64,000 nucleotides of DNA from positions 72,354,001 through 72,418,000 of the forward strand of contig OZ076414.1 of NCBI GenBank assembly GCA_964187785.1. Reading direction: 5' to 3'. Below are positions 24,101 to 36,200 of this stretch, in pieces. The notes under the pieces are model-generated. The model was not told the DNA's origin, made no database searches, and was given only the letters and a program-made list of their open reading frames with translations. Origin of the DNA: Amphiscolops sp. MND2022 (Eukaryota). Made by a program: the position numbers and the translations under genes. Within the stretch, counting starts at the first letter, position 1. Every line of letters begins with the position of its first letter.

Positions 24101-25300
24101 AAAGCAAAAATAGAAACGATAGATCGTGGGTGGGCTCCTAGTGTTTCGATTGCACGACCTCTTGGGTCGCTGTCACAAAAACTGGCTTAGAGACAAATTT
24201 TTTTGATCGTAAAATATACGTGAAATCATAAAAGCAAAAATAGAAACGATAGATCGTGGGTGGGCTCCTAGTGTTTCGATTGCACGACCTCTTGGGTCGC
24301 TGTCACAAAAACTGGCTTAGAGACAAATTTTTTTGATCGTAAAATATACGTGAAATCATAAAAGCAAAAATAGAAACGATAGATCGTGGGTGGGCTCCTA
24401 GTGTTTCGATTGCACGACCTCTTGGGTCGCTGTCACAAAAACTGGCTTAGAGACAAATTTTTTTGATCGTAAAATATACGTGAAATCATAAAAGCAAAAA
24501 TAGAAACGATAGATCGTGGGTGGGCTCCTAGTGTTTCGATTGCACGACCTCTTGGGTCGCTGTCACAAAAACTGGCTTAGAGACAAATTTTTTTGATCGT
24601 AAAATATACGTGAAATCATAAAAGCAAAAATAGAAACGATAGATCGTGGGTGGGCTCCTAGTGTTTCGATTGCACGACCTCTTGGGTCGCTGTCACAAAA
24701 ACTGGCTTAGAGACAAATTTTTTTGATCGTAAAATATACGTGAAATCATAAAAGCAAAAATAGAAACGATAGATCGTGGGTGGGCTCCTAGTGTTTCGAT
24801 TGCACGACCTCTTGGGTCGCTGTCACAAAAACTGGCTTAGAGACAAATTTTTTTTTGATCGTAAAATATACGTGAAATCATAAAAGCAAAAATAGAAACG
24901 ATAGATCGTGGGTGGGCTCCTAGTGTTTCGATTGCACGACCTCTTGGGTCGCTGTCACAAAAACTGGCTTAGAGACAATTTTTTTGATCGTAAAATATAC
25001 GTGAAATCATAAAAGCAAAAATAGAAACGATAGATCGTGGGTGGGCTCCTAGTGTTTCGATTGCACGACCTCTTGGGTCGCTGTCACAAAAACTGGCTTA
25101 GAGACAAATTTTTTTGATCGTAAAATATACGTGAAATCATAAAAGCAAAAATAGAAACGATAGATCGTGGGTGGGCTCCTAGTGTTTCGATTGCACGACC
25201 TCTTGGGTCGCTGTCACAAAAACTGGCTTAGAGACAAATTTTTTTGATCGTAAAATATACGTGAAATCATAAAAGCAAAAATAGAAACGATAGATCGTGG
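18195..25300. repeat. 130-bp satellite, ~54 tandem copies
   Basis: Monomer AAATATACGTGAAATCATAAAAGCAAAAATAGAAACGATAGATCGTGGGTGGGCTCCTAGTGTTTCGATTGCACGACCTCTTGGGTCGCTGTCACAAAAACTGGCTTAGAGACAAATTTTTTTGATCGT; variation limited to a few SNP sites and T-run length. Confidence 0.98.
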
Positions 25301-26081
25301 ATTTTCGGAGTTTTGCAACCAAATTATTATTTTCGGAGTTTTGCAACCAAATTATTATTTTCGGAGTTTTGAATAGCAATCCTATGGGAGATGTATAGAA
25401 AGATACGATTAACAATTCCCGCAAAAATATCTACGTGAACTATTCAGGTTCACACAAGGTTCACACAGGTTTACACAAATTTACAACAGATAAATTAGAA
25501 TGGTACTCCGAATATGATTCTATTGAAAATGTCTAATGCCTTTATTTGCTTTCTTTTGTTATGCATGCCTCCTTGCAACTGTTTAAAAAATCATTGGAAA
25601 ATCGCCATTTTCGACGGGACCTATTTAAATAGTACCAAATTGTGAGCAAAACTAAATGAACATCACAAAATCCGACCCCTCGAAAAAGTCACTTTTTAGC
25701 AAAAAAAGGCTAAGTATAAACAACAGTGAACATTCAAGACCAGCGGTTGGCTACATGAACTGTTGGATAGCAACTTACCTTGGATTCTGAAGATTGAAGT
25801 TCGAATTGTAATAGAATTTGTAAGACTAGATTGGAAAGAGCAAAGTTATAAGAGCAAAGTTATATGCGTGCGACTGATATTCAGTAACGTAAAGACCCAT
25901 ATGGCAAGTTTACCTGTTGCTGCACCAAAACTCCAAACGTCTTAGCCAATGAGAAGGTAGCGTCTTCTTAATAGAAGTAAAACTCGACGAACAGCTGTCT
26001 TGAAGTCTGCGATGATTTCTTCTCTAAAAGTCTCGTACTTGCTGTGGTAAAGTCCGTCTGCTTCCAAGGAAACTATTTCAA

Positions 26082-27539
26082 GGATTAAGGTAGCAATATT
26101 CAGGTAGGTCGTTTAAATACTATAAAAACTTGAATTTCGGAGTCCTTATACGTCCAACAATTTGTTAGGACGAAGAGTATGGAATTTTTGGTGTGTTCAG
26201 ACCTTGTAATGTCTCTTAGTTTTCTCAACAAAATAGTGAGATTTGTTAAGTCTTTTGACAACGGTGTGACAAGCTTGTCAGGAGTTTTAGCTTATAAGCT
26301 GAAGAGTTTAAATATTAGGTTTTAGCTTATATGACAAGCAATAGCTAAGTCGAAGACAAGTTTGTCTAACGTCAAGGCTTTGAAAGTCTTGCAAGTCCAA
26401 GTAAAGGTCTTATTAACCAGCGTTTAGCTAGGTTTTGTGTTTGGACAGGCTTGCCAAATGCTCGAACATAAGGTTCGGCACAGTACTTTAAGAGTTTAAC
26501 TCATGTGACTAGCAGGGGCTAATTCGAAAAGAGAATTTAAGAGATTACGTGCATTTTAATTTCAACTTTAATTTAGTTATGTTAACTTTGACTAGGATTT
26601 GCTGACTCTTGACGCGATAACGTGCTTTGGAGATAAGATAAGTCTCAATCGAGAAGCTGGATTTTTGGAGCGTTTAGCTCAAGATAGAATTCCCTATGAT
26701 TGCATAGGAGAATCTTGTTGGTTAACTTTCTGTTCAGTCGATTGACTGCGAAGTTTCTGTCACGACGACAAGAATCAAGAAATTTTGCCTTGTAAAGTTT
26801 GTTGACTTACCTGAATTGTGAAGTGAGTGAAGTTTTGGAGATTCTTTGATTTTTGAGGAAAGAGTTACGGATTGGATTTTTGTTTAGGAGGTGAACAACA
26901 GTGAGAAGCGTATGATCGTCTTAGAAATGTTGGCCCTTTTATATAAATCAGAAAGCACGTGCAACGAATCACTTCGATAGGTGCATTTCATTGGGTCCGA
27001 ACATATAACGTCACATTCTCGGTCCTTACTCGGAAATAACTTCGGGACCAGGCACGGCCGAGTACAAGTCGGCAAAGATTGCATCAGCTAGTCATTTAAC
27101 TCGGCTAGCCGAGTTGGCTGACGCAACTTTTGTTTATATCAGGGGAATTAGTCCTCTCAAGTGGGGACTTTGGTCTCGCTTGAATAATCTTTTGTTCTCA
27201 AATTGAGAAGCTCCGGCCGCACAAGTGGCGCCTATTCTTGTCTTCTCAAAGATATTTGCTTGCACAAGTGGCGTCGCATTGTCTTTTTCGAAGAGGATAA
27301 AAGAATTATTTGCACAAGTGGCAAGCGTTTCTTTTGTAGAGGGGAATTTGTTCTTTCAAGTGACGCGCAGTTGTGAACCTGTTTACTTCTAAAATTCTTT
27401 CAAGCGTGCTTTGAAAATTGAAAGAATGCGGAAAATAGTTTACGGAAAAGGAATAAATATATTCTAGCTTCGTTGAAATAGTTTTATATAGATGTTTTAA
27501 CAATAATAAACTGAGGAAAAAGATGTGTTAAACACAACA
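26082..27539 (-). repeat. Long LTR-like repeat, piece B (starts TGTTGTG on the minus strand)
   Basis: Aligns with 34254..35881. The right boundary (..AACACAACA) is shared with copy C and reads TGTTGTGTT on the minus strand. Confidence 0.9.
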
Positions 27540-28310
27540 ACTCACCCGGGGTTTTAGAATGGTTAAGTTGAAAGGGGCGATACAGGGTGTTTATGACATT
27601 TACTTCGAAGAATATGGAATCGTTTTTCAGCCAAGGGTTTTCAGAGTTCATGAGTTTGTCAAGAGGGATGAAACACAAGATGGTGACTGCTGTATTGCTG
27701 GATGTAGGTATGGGTTTTTTGAAGCACTCACTGTTGTTGTTGTTGTTTGTCACAATAAGCTCCTTGTACGGTTTGGATGTGTTTTCCTGGCCGAGGTGTA
27801 TCTGGATTACGCCTTGAAAAGGCCAAGTGAGGATCTCGTCATAGGGCCCGGGACACACGGCCAAGCACATTGAAATGTATTTTCCTTTAGCAGTGTCGAC
27901 TCCAAAAGGGTAGGCTCGTAGGTGAAAAGTGTAGCCAAAGGGTTGCGATAAGAAAATGGGGCTACAAACGTCTTTCAGGCTATTATGGTCACAATAGGGT
28001 GCTCTTACATGAGACACTTTTCTCGTATTTTTCGGCATTTCGGAATATCTGTAAATTGGTCGAGTCTCCAAATGATTCTGTATAAGTTCCAATCCCGAGG
28101 AATTGACCTTTTTTCAATACGTAGGATACGCATTTCAAGTGCGTCGAGTCTTTTGCTCACCTCGTGTATGCGGTCCGGATCTAATGATTCATCTGTTTAA
28201 GGGGTGATGTTTAAGTTCTGTCGAAGTAGAAGTAGCTTGTTCTTTAGGGACTCTGTCAGGGATCGTTCATCTTCTAGTTGTTCGATGATGGTAGATGAGC
28301 TTGAATTCAT
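27484..28310 (-). pseudogene. TRAF-like protein (coiled coil + MATH/TRAF-C domain), disrupted
   Basis: YRIIWRLDQF (MATH strand 1), SPIFLSQPFGYTFHLRAYPFG, GKYISMCLAV, GPYDEILTWPFQG, FKKP, CFIPLDKL, WLKNDSIFFEV are typical TRAF-C motifs. Upstream coiled coil SKRLDALEMRILRIEK. TAA at 28199-28197 and a frameshift near 28050. The ORF runs into repeat B. Confidence 0.85.
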
Positions 28311-28599
28311 CTTGAGTGGAGATTCTGAAAGATACTAGAAATAGCTTTAAATGAATGCTGAAATGCCTCTAAGGGGCACCACAATTCGTTGATAGCCTAG
28401 AATGGGATCTTCTAGTGTGAATTTGGATCGCAGAAGACGATATGCCACTGGTTATACTCGCGTTTCAAAAGATAATTTATGTCGAGCTGAAATCGGGGAT
28501 TTCTAGTGAAGGAATATTTGTTGGCAGCTTCTTCGTTCTTTCGTTGTCGGCATAGTGATTCTTGAATACAAAAAGCAGTCTTTTGTTTTTTTAATGAGA

Positions 28600-30935
28600 A
28601 TGTTTAATAGGCGATGGATGAGGTCGTTTGGATGGTAATGGGATTAATTTCAGGCTGATCGGTGGAGTAGCTGTTTTGACAACACCTTCAGCTATTGTTT
28701 CAGTTGGGAGGAAGTCGAAATCTGATGGGGAAAGCAGGGGAAGACTAATCAAGTCGGCGTTGTTGGGTTTTGGTTCACTGGCTAGTGACTCTTATTTCTT
28801 CTGCCACTGATTTTTCGCTTTGCATGTTCTGGGTAATGAACACAAAAGCATAAAAGTACAGTTATACTGGTGAAACAGTATGGATAGTTGATGTAGGGTG
28901 TCTAGTTATGGCAGGGTAAATGTGCTCAAGAGTTTCGTGCTCATGTAGTTTTTATCAGGAGTAGTTGAAGTCATTTGGGAACTTGATTAAGTGTTGGTAT
29001 CATCGAAACTGAACAAATTGTAGGTTGCTGAGAGCAGTATTTTACCAATACCCCAAGAAGCTCCTGTTACTCGTTGTAGTTCAAATGAGCGGAATGTTAT
29101 GACAATCACATTAACCAAAATCTTAATAAGGAATCCTGCGAACCATTGTCCCAATTTGCTAAACCAGTATTCGATGATACCAAAAGTGCTGATGAACTGT
29201 TTCTGGCGATATCATGTTGTCCACGTAGAAGTCTGTACGTGGTGCATAATAACCAAATTCATCTGGACCTTTATTGGAGGCTGAAGGTATAATGAGTTCC
29301 CGTGAAAACTTTTGTAAAGCATTTCTAGATGCTGCGCTGATCAAAATATTGTCCCAAAAATCACTGAGTTGTCCTTTTGTATACATTCCAGCATCCTGAG
29401 ATTCATCGAAGGGATCCTTGGTAAAGGGAGATATTTTTTTGGGCCAAAGATGGCAGGTCTGTCTCTGTGTGTAGGTTCTGGGTTTAACGAAAACCAGGAA
29501 TCTTTGTCTTGCGTATCCAGTTGGAAAAGATTTTTGATTCTATACGTGCAATTTTGAGTATTTGCATTAGGATAAGTTTGTCGGGTGATGGAATCTACGA
29601 ATTGAATTTGTCCTCTGTAGAAGATGGGTTTTTTGTCATAACAATTACTGATGACATGAAGGGGTGATGATATTAAAGGACAAGAGTAGAGCCAAGCAAG
29701 ACTGCCATCAGTTTCAAAGAACATAGATCTGTTTCCAGTTAGCATATATCCTGCAAGGCGTGGATTTTCCAAAGAGAGCATCAATATAGTGAGGATTGGA
29801 GTCCTTTCTTGCTCACATTGGTTTTTAAACATTTGAATCTCAGAAGATTGAAGCGCTCGGGTGCTTTGGAAGAATAGATAGTCCAATTTGGTGCCAACTT
29901 GCATACCGTAGTCCATATATAGCCAAGTATTTACATACTTGTCTTCAAGTGTGGCGTCTCTGTTGTATACGTAAAGTCCAGGGTTCCCAGAATTGTCTGT
30001 GGAGTATTGGAGGGTATAGGATCCTCTTGTAATTCCCATTTTTCTTCCAGAAGCCATGTCAAATCCGCCAGTGTTTTACAATGTACATGGACTCGTAGCT
30101 TGTTGGGTAAACATCGTTAGGTGTATTACAGAATTTCTGGGGTAGTTCTTCACTTCGAACAAGAATTTTGAAGTGGAGCCTTTCGTACTCACCATGTGAT
30201 ATCGATGTTCACTTCTACTCATGTTCACATGTTCTTCCTTCAAAACTGAGACTACGCAATTATCTGGGTGGTCCCATATATAAGCATAGGGATCTAAGGA
30301 CGTGCTTTGGCAACCCATATCATCGAGTTTGCATGGAAGGGGATTCCCGTTTACATTATGAACTGTTGCGTCTCTTAGTTTAACTGGTAGATTCGCTTCT
30401 TGGATGTGGCTTTCAAAAGTGTCTTTAGTCATCCAAGACCTTCCACTACAATGGTTTCTATATTCTTCGCTTTTTCCCGTTAGTGTAGGATTGAATGAGT
30501 TTTGTCCCTTTTTGAACTGGACCATGTGGTCTAGTATTTGTGTTTTCCTTCTCGTGCTCTTCTGGATTGTTCTATACTCAGGTCGATATCACTTGCGATT
30601 GTATTTTGTTCGGCGTCTATACTCGCATGGCCGTGATGTCACCGATGCCACTTGAATCTACTGTGCTTTAGGCGGCACATAGTGGCGTTAAGTTCTGTTC
30701 GTAAGTGCTTCGTGTAGACAGTCATTATAGCTGGGTTGATTTCATGTTTTCTGGGGAAACCTGGCATGGTCTCACTTGATTTAGTGCATATAATTTATTT
30801 TCAGTCATCTTTCCACAGTCATAATGTGATACACTGAGTCCCTGTGCATTGTCCAGATTGGGTTTGGGGAGACCATTGATCAGGGTGTAGCGCGTAACGA
30901 GTATTATGAAGAATTCACTGCACGTTTTGGATCTA
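28600..30935 (-). pseudogene. Viral envelope glycoprotein, chuvirus-G / class III fusion-protein type, frameshifted
   Basis: Fragments: hydrophobic leader, HYDCGKM..YALNQV, NATMCRLKH, CKLDDMGC...YIWDHPDNC, QCEQER..ILTILMLSLENPRLAGYMLTG..F.ETDG..AWLYSC, CYDKKPIFYRG...FVDSITRQTYP...C, and a TM segment FAGFLIKILVNVIVITF (~29170-29090). The Cys and motif order resembles chuviral and retroelement gB-like glycoproteins. Confidence 0.75.
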
Positions 30936-32216
30936 ATGGGGGGAATCTTAGGTATTGCTAAAACTTAGTTTTGTGAGGGGCAAATTTTTGAAAAAAAATC
31001 AAGAAGGGGAAAATCTTAACGGTAGGTTTGCTAACCGAGAGTTGATGGAGGCAAAGTTGACAACCAGTTGAAATCAAAGTTGATTTGATTGATGAAAAAC
31101 GTTTTCAAGGGCTGAAACAAGACAAATATTGTCTGATACCTTCAACCAAATCAAAAGCTGAATAGGAATTTGATAGATTGCTAACCAAAGGTGGATGTAG
31201 TCTGATTGACTACCGCTTTGAGCTGAGGTTGATTGGAGATTTTGTAGAAGTGTTTCAACAGCTGAAAGAAGACTTCTAAAGTCTTATATCCAATAAAAAT
31301 AGTAAAAATTCGGTAGCTTGCTAACCAAGAATTTGTGGTCTGAAAGGTCCAATATCTTATCAGAGGTGAAGTTGTTGACTATGAGGTTTGAAGCGAGGGT
31401 TGAAAAATAGGATCGTGAGAATTTATTTACTAAATGAAAGTTTTATTTCAAAATGAGATGGAAATTTCAAATCATAAAACTGGATAAGATCCTTGTACAA
31501 TTTGCTATATTTAGGGGAGGTGATACATTCGATGTCATAACACTGGTTAATTCTCCCAACACATCCATTTCAAATTTGGTGATGTGCCTTTCAGGTTTCT
31601 GCTTGTACGAAATGAGGGAAGCGGCTAGTGAAGCATATAGAAAATTGTCCTTGTAGATTCGCCTTTGATACTTTTTGTAGGGCAGGTCGTAACGTTCGAA
31701 ATGAATGCAAAGCTTGAATCCGTAAGTCCAAGTCCACCGAATGTAGGTGATCAGAAATTTTTTGTTGTTTTCACTAACGATGATTGTCCAGGGGCAATTG
31801 AAACTAAGTCCTTCGTATTTCTTTTCCCAGAGGGTATCCCAGTAAATAGTGGGATAGAGATAGCTTTGCGTGATTCTCGATTTTGCTTTTTTGCGGCAGT
31901 CCTTTTTGAGAATGGCCTGGGTTCATTAGAGGCGGTTGTTTTCTCTAAACAAATCTGTAGGTATGTCTCCCGCAAATGTCAAGGTGGAGAATATAGTCCC
32001 AGTAGACTGATTGTCGATCTACAAAAACAATGTCCCTTTTCGAGGTGATGTGGTGTTTTAGATAGATATAAATTTTATCTTGGTCCAACTCAGTTCTATA
32101 GATTCTGTAGAATTCGTTTTCGATTTTGATGTAAGTCAAGACAAACTGAAATGGTCACAAATCATATTCAAATAGCAGTAATTGAGAATAATAATCAGCG
32201 CTATTTTTGGTACAGT

Positions 32217-32858
32217 GATTTATCCACGGCGGAGATTGATAACTAAGAACGTTACCGTGCTGAAAAGTTATTTATCCACGGCAGAGATTGATAACTAAGA
32301 TCGTTACCGTGCTTGATTATGAAACGTTATTTACCCACGGCAGAGATTGATACTGTGCTGTAATCATTACCGTGCTCGGTTGAAAAATTTTTTACCCACG
32401 GCAGAGATTGATAACTAAGATCGTTACCGTGCTTGATTATGAAACGTTATTTACCCACGGCAGAGATTGATACTGTGATCGTTACCGTGCTCGATTTTTG
32501 TGAAAAGTTATTTACCCACGGCAGAGATTGATACTATGATGGTTACCGTGCTCGATTCTGTGAAAAGTAATTTACCCACGGCAGAGATTGATACTATGAT
32601 CGTTACCGTGCTCGATTTTGTGAAAAGTAATTTACCCACGGCAGAGATTGATACTATGATCGTTACCGTGCTCGATGTTTGTGAAAAGGTATTTACCCAC
32701 GGCAGAGATTGATACTATGATCGTTACCGTGCTCGATTTCTGTGAAAAGTTATTTACCCACTGCAGAGATTGATACTATGATCGTTACCGTGCTCGATTT
32801 TTGTGAAAAGTTATTTACCCACGGCAGAGATTGATACTATGATCGTTACCGTGCTCGA
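32217..32858. repeat. 60-61-bp tandem repeat, ~11 copies, each with an internal inverted pentamer
   Basis: Unit GAAAAGTTATTTACCCACGGCAGAGATTGATACTATGATCGTTACCGTGCTCGATTTTTGT with CACGG...CCGTG. Confidence 0.95.
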
Positions 32859-32959
32859 GAATTTCTAAAACGAATGACTACAAATTAGCTATCAGTTTGA
32901 GTTAAAATGACAACGAAGAGAAGAGAAAAAGAATTAGGTAAGAGACTTTTATTTACAAT

Positions 32960-33358
32960 TTAAAAGTCGTCCATCTCTTGCCAGAGCATCAGGGTTTCTA
33001 ATATATCTATATACATGTCTTTATAGTTCGAATTCCGGCAGGTAGTGTCCATTTGGTCCGTAATGGCGCTCAAGGCATCAATGTCCTGTTTAGAGAGTTG
33101 CGCTTCTGGTTTCCTTTTGTAAGTGACTAGAGCTGCTGTGAGGGACGTGTAAAAAAATGAACCGTGTTTTACCCATTTGTGGTATTTTTGCTTTGATCTG
33201 TAGTTATGAAATTTGACTTCTACATCAGCTGTTGGGTGCCAACTCCAACTTAGTTCTTCGATGATCATCGAGATTTCTTCTATTTCGGGCATGACATTCC
33301 AGGGGCAGCAGTTGAAATTGATTTTATTTTCCACGAAAAATTTGCCCTGAATTAGCAA
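32960..33358 (-). CDS. Hypothetical protein (~110-130 aa), 5' end abuts repeat C
   Basis: Protein-like composition, stop followed by AATAAA within ~12 nt (TAAATTGTAAATAAAA); no family recognised. Confidence 0.45.
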   Translation of the reverse strand: MLIQGKFFVENKINFNCCPWNVMPEIEEISMIIEELSWSWHPTADVEVKFHNYRSKQKYHKWVKHGSFFYTSLTAALVTYKRKPEAQLSKQDIDALSAITDQMDTTCRNSNYKDMYIDILETLMLWQEMDDF

Positions 33359-35881
33359 AAATGGTTTGGTTTTGAGCTTTTAAAAGTCAGTGAACAAAAA
33401 CACGTTTTTCTAGAGAACATTTTAGTTCAAGCCATAACACAAAACTTGTCCTTTGCAAAGACGGAAATGTACATTGGAATAAAAGGAGGTTTCCTCTATG
33501 TGAGAATATAAGTGTCTGAAAATTAACCATGAGGAACTGTCAATCTAAAATTTTCAATCCAAATAAATAGCCTTTATCTCTAGTGAATTTCTATCGAAAG
33601 TGAAGCAACAACGAACTTGAAGTTTCAAGAAGTTGGTAAGCAGCTAGCTTTCAAAACGGGAGTTTTTATCAGATCAATTCAGGATTTGTAATTTCACTTA
33701 CAGGAAAAGGAACACACTGGGGTATGCTTACAAATTAGTTTTTTTCCGATTCATATGAGTATGCCCTCCACGATAATCCATTCTTAGTCAAAATCGAATC
33801 TGAAAATGGAAAGTGTATCTTCCCTAAATCCTCAGTGTGCTTCTTACTGTGTTTAATTTCTACCTTCTTCCGACTGGAGAGAATATTTCGTGTCTATGTT
33901 TCAAAAATGCAGTGTTGAATTTGTATTGTGTAAAGGTTCGTTTGGGTTTAGGAAAATTAGATTTCGGTGATTCTTACTCAGTTGTGTTTAGGAGTAAGCT
34001 TGCGACTATGCCTTCCTAAACCTTTACAAAAGTTGTCTCTAGGTCTTCCGAGTTCGCAGGAAGGACTTCGTCTCGAGAGAATTTAATTTTATGAAAAGAA
34101 TTTGAATTAGTTTCAGTATTATTTTCAACAATGTTCGTTTTTACACTACGCAAGAATATAATGCAAGCAGAATAATATGATCATCCAAACTGATACAAAT
34201 ATCCAATCAATAATGTCAGAATTATTTAACATTTACCAGATAAATACATCAATGGATTAAGGTAGCAATACGCAATACTCAGGTAGGTCGTTTAAATACT
34301 ATAAAAACTTGAATTTCGGAGTCCTTATACGTCCAACAATTTGTTAGGACGAAAAGTATTGAATTTTTGGTCTGTTCAGACCTTGTAATGTCTCTTAGTT
34401 TCCTCAACAAAAAAGTGAGATTTGTTAAGTCTTTTGACAACGGTGTGACAAGCTTGTCAGGAGTTTTAGCTTATAAGAAGCTGAAGAGTTTAAATATTAG
34501 GTTTTAGCTTATATGACAAGCAATAGCTAAGTCGAAGACAAGTTTGTCTAACGTCAAGGCTTTGAAAGTCTTGCAAGTCCAAGTGAAGTAAAGGTCTTAT
34601 TAACCAGCGTTTAGCTAGGTTTTGTGTTTGGACAGGCTTGCCAAAGGCTCGAACATAAGGTTCGATGCAGTGCTTTAAGAGTTTAACCTATGGGACTAGC
34701 AGTGGCTAAGTCGAAAGGAGACAAGATTGTCTATCGTCAAGACTTTGAAGAAGTCTTGCAAGTCTAAGTAAAGTAAAGATCTTATTCAACCAGTGTATAG
34801 CTAAGTTGCGGTTTTGGGCAAGATTGTCAGAGGGCTCGAATTAAGATTCGGCTCAATACTTTAAATGATTACATGCATTTTAATTGAAACTATAATAATT
34901 TAGTTATAAGTTAACTTTGACTAGCATTTACTGAGTCTTGACGCGATACCGTGCTTTGGAGATAAGATAAGTCTCAATCGAGAAGCTGTATTTTTGGAGC
35001 GTTTAGCTCAAGATGGTTTTCCCTATGATTGCATAGGAGAGCCTTGTTGGTTAACTTTCTGTTCAGTCGATTGACTGCGAATTTGTTGTCACGACGACAA
35101 GAATAAAGAAAAAAGGAAGAAATTTTGACTTGTAAAGTTTGTTGACTTACCTGAAATGTGAAGTGAGTGAAGTTCTGGAGATTCTTTGATTTTTGAGGGA
35201 AGAGAGTTACGGATTGGATTTTTGTTTAGGAGGTGAAAAACAGTGAGAAGCGTATGATCGTCTTAGAAATGTTGGCCTTTTTATATAAATCAGAAAGCAC
35301 GTGCAACGAATCACATTGATAGGTGCATTTCATTGGGTCCGAACATATAACGTCACATTCTCGGTCCTTACTCGAAAATAACTTCGGGACCAGGCACGGC
35401 CGAGTACAAGTCGGCAAAGAATGCATCAGCTAGTCATTTAACTCGGCTAGCTGAGTTGGCTGACGCAACTTTTGTTTATATCAGGGGAATTAGTCCTCTC
35501 AAGTGGGGACTTTGGTCTCGCTTGAATAATCTTTTGTTCTCAAATTGAGAAGCTCCGGCCGCACAAGTGGCGCCTATTGTTCTCTTCTCAAAGATATTTG
35601 CTTGCACAAGTGGCGTCGCATTGTCTTTTTCAAAGAGGATAAAAGAATTATTTGCACAAGTGGCAAGCGTTTCTTTTGTAGAGGGGAATTTGTTCTTTCA
35701 AGTGACGCACAGTTGTGAATCTGTTTACTTCTAAAATTCTTTCAAGCGTGCCTTGAAAATTGAAAGAATGCGGAAAATAGTTTACGGAAAAGAAATAAAT
35801 ATATTCTAGCTTCGTTGAAATAGTTTTATATAGATGTTTTAACAACATTAAACTGAGGAAAAAGTTGTGTTAAACACAACA
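33340..35881 (-). repeat. Long LTR-like repeat, copy C (~2.5 kb)
   Basis: Covers both piece A and piece B. It carries many substitutions and small indels relative to them, plus an extra internal duplicated block (~34690-34860). Confidence 0.9.
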
Positions 35882-36200
35882 ATTGTCAAATTGTTTTTGT
35901 CGCAAAAAGGTACGACCAAATCTTTAGCCAATACGAAGTTTTTGAACTGACGGGCTCTTTAATGCGAATCCCAAAGTTTCCAGTGAATTTGTTGCAGCTG
36001 GTTTCTGAAGACAATCTTTTTCTCTAGTGAATGGATCTTATCTTTTTGTGACTAGAAATAGAAAAATTCTGTTTTTGGTTTCTAAACATCTAATTTGAAA
36101 GTAGTAGGAAGTACTATCCAAACCGCAGGGGTTGAAACTGGGTGAAGAAAAAATCATCCACTTTTGGTACTTTTCTCTACCTTCCAGAGAAGTGAATGAT

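Larger units (their letters stand above)
26082..35881 (-). mobile_element. Putative non-autonomous, enveloped LTR-type element remnant (repeat C - small ORF - 60-bp array - env - TRAF - repeat B)
   Basis: Long direct repeats flank co-oriented env and TRAF remnants. No gag, protease, RT or integrase motif recognised; no convincing PBS, PPT or TSD. Confidence 0.5.

Noticed and set aside
18195-25300. CRISPR array
   Set aside because: Monomers are near-identical along their whole length with no unique spacers; no cas genes; eukaryotic context.
25900-26081. Minus-strand exon-like stretch with DVWSFG (kinase subdomain IX-like) and a GTAAAC donor
   Set aside because: An in-frame stop precedes the motif and no other kinase motifs are nearby; at most a decayed upstream exon.
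32500-32712. 20-aa repeat protein ORF
   Set aside because: Read-through of the 60-bp array; the frame is broken by 61-bp units.
33336-35890. Target-site duplication, PBS or PPT for the long LTR-like repeat
   Set aside because: Flanks do not match under any boundary tried, no TGG lies next to the candidate 3' ends, and the sequence before piece B (AAAACCCCGGGTGAG) is not a clear polypurine tract, so LTR status stays provisional.
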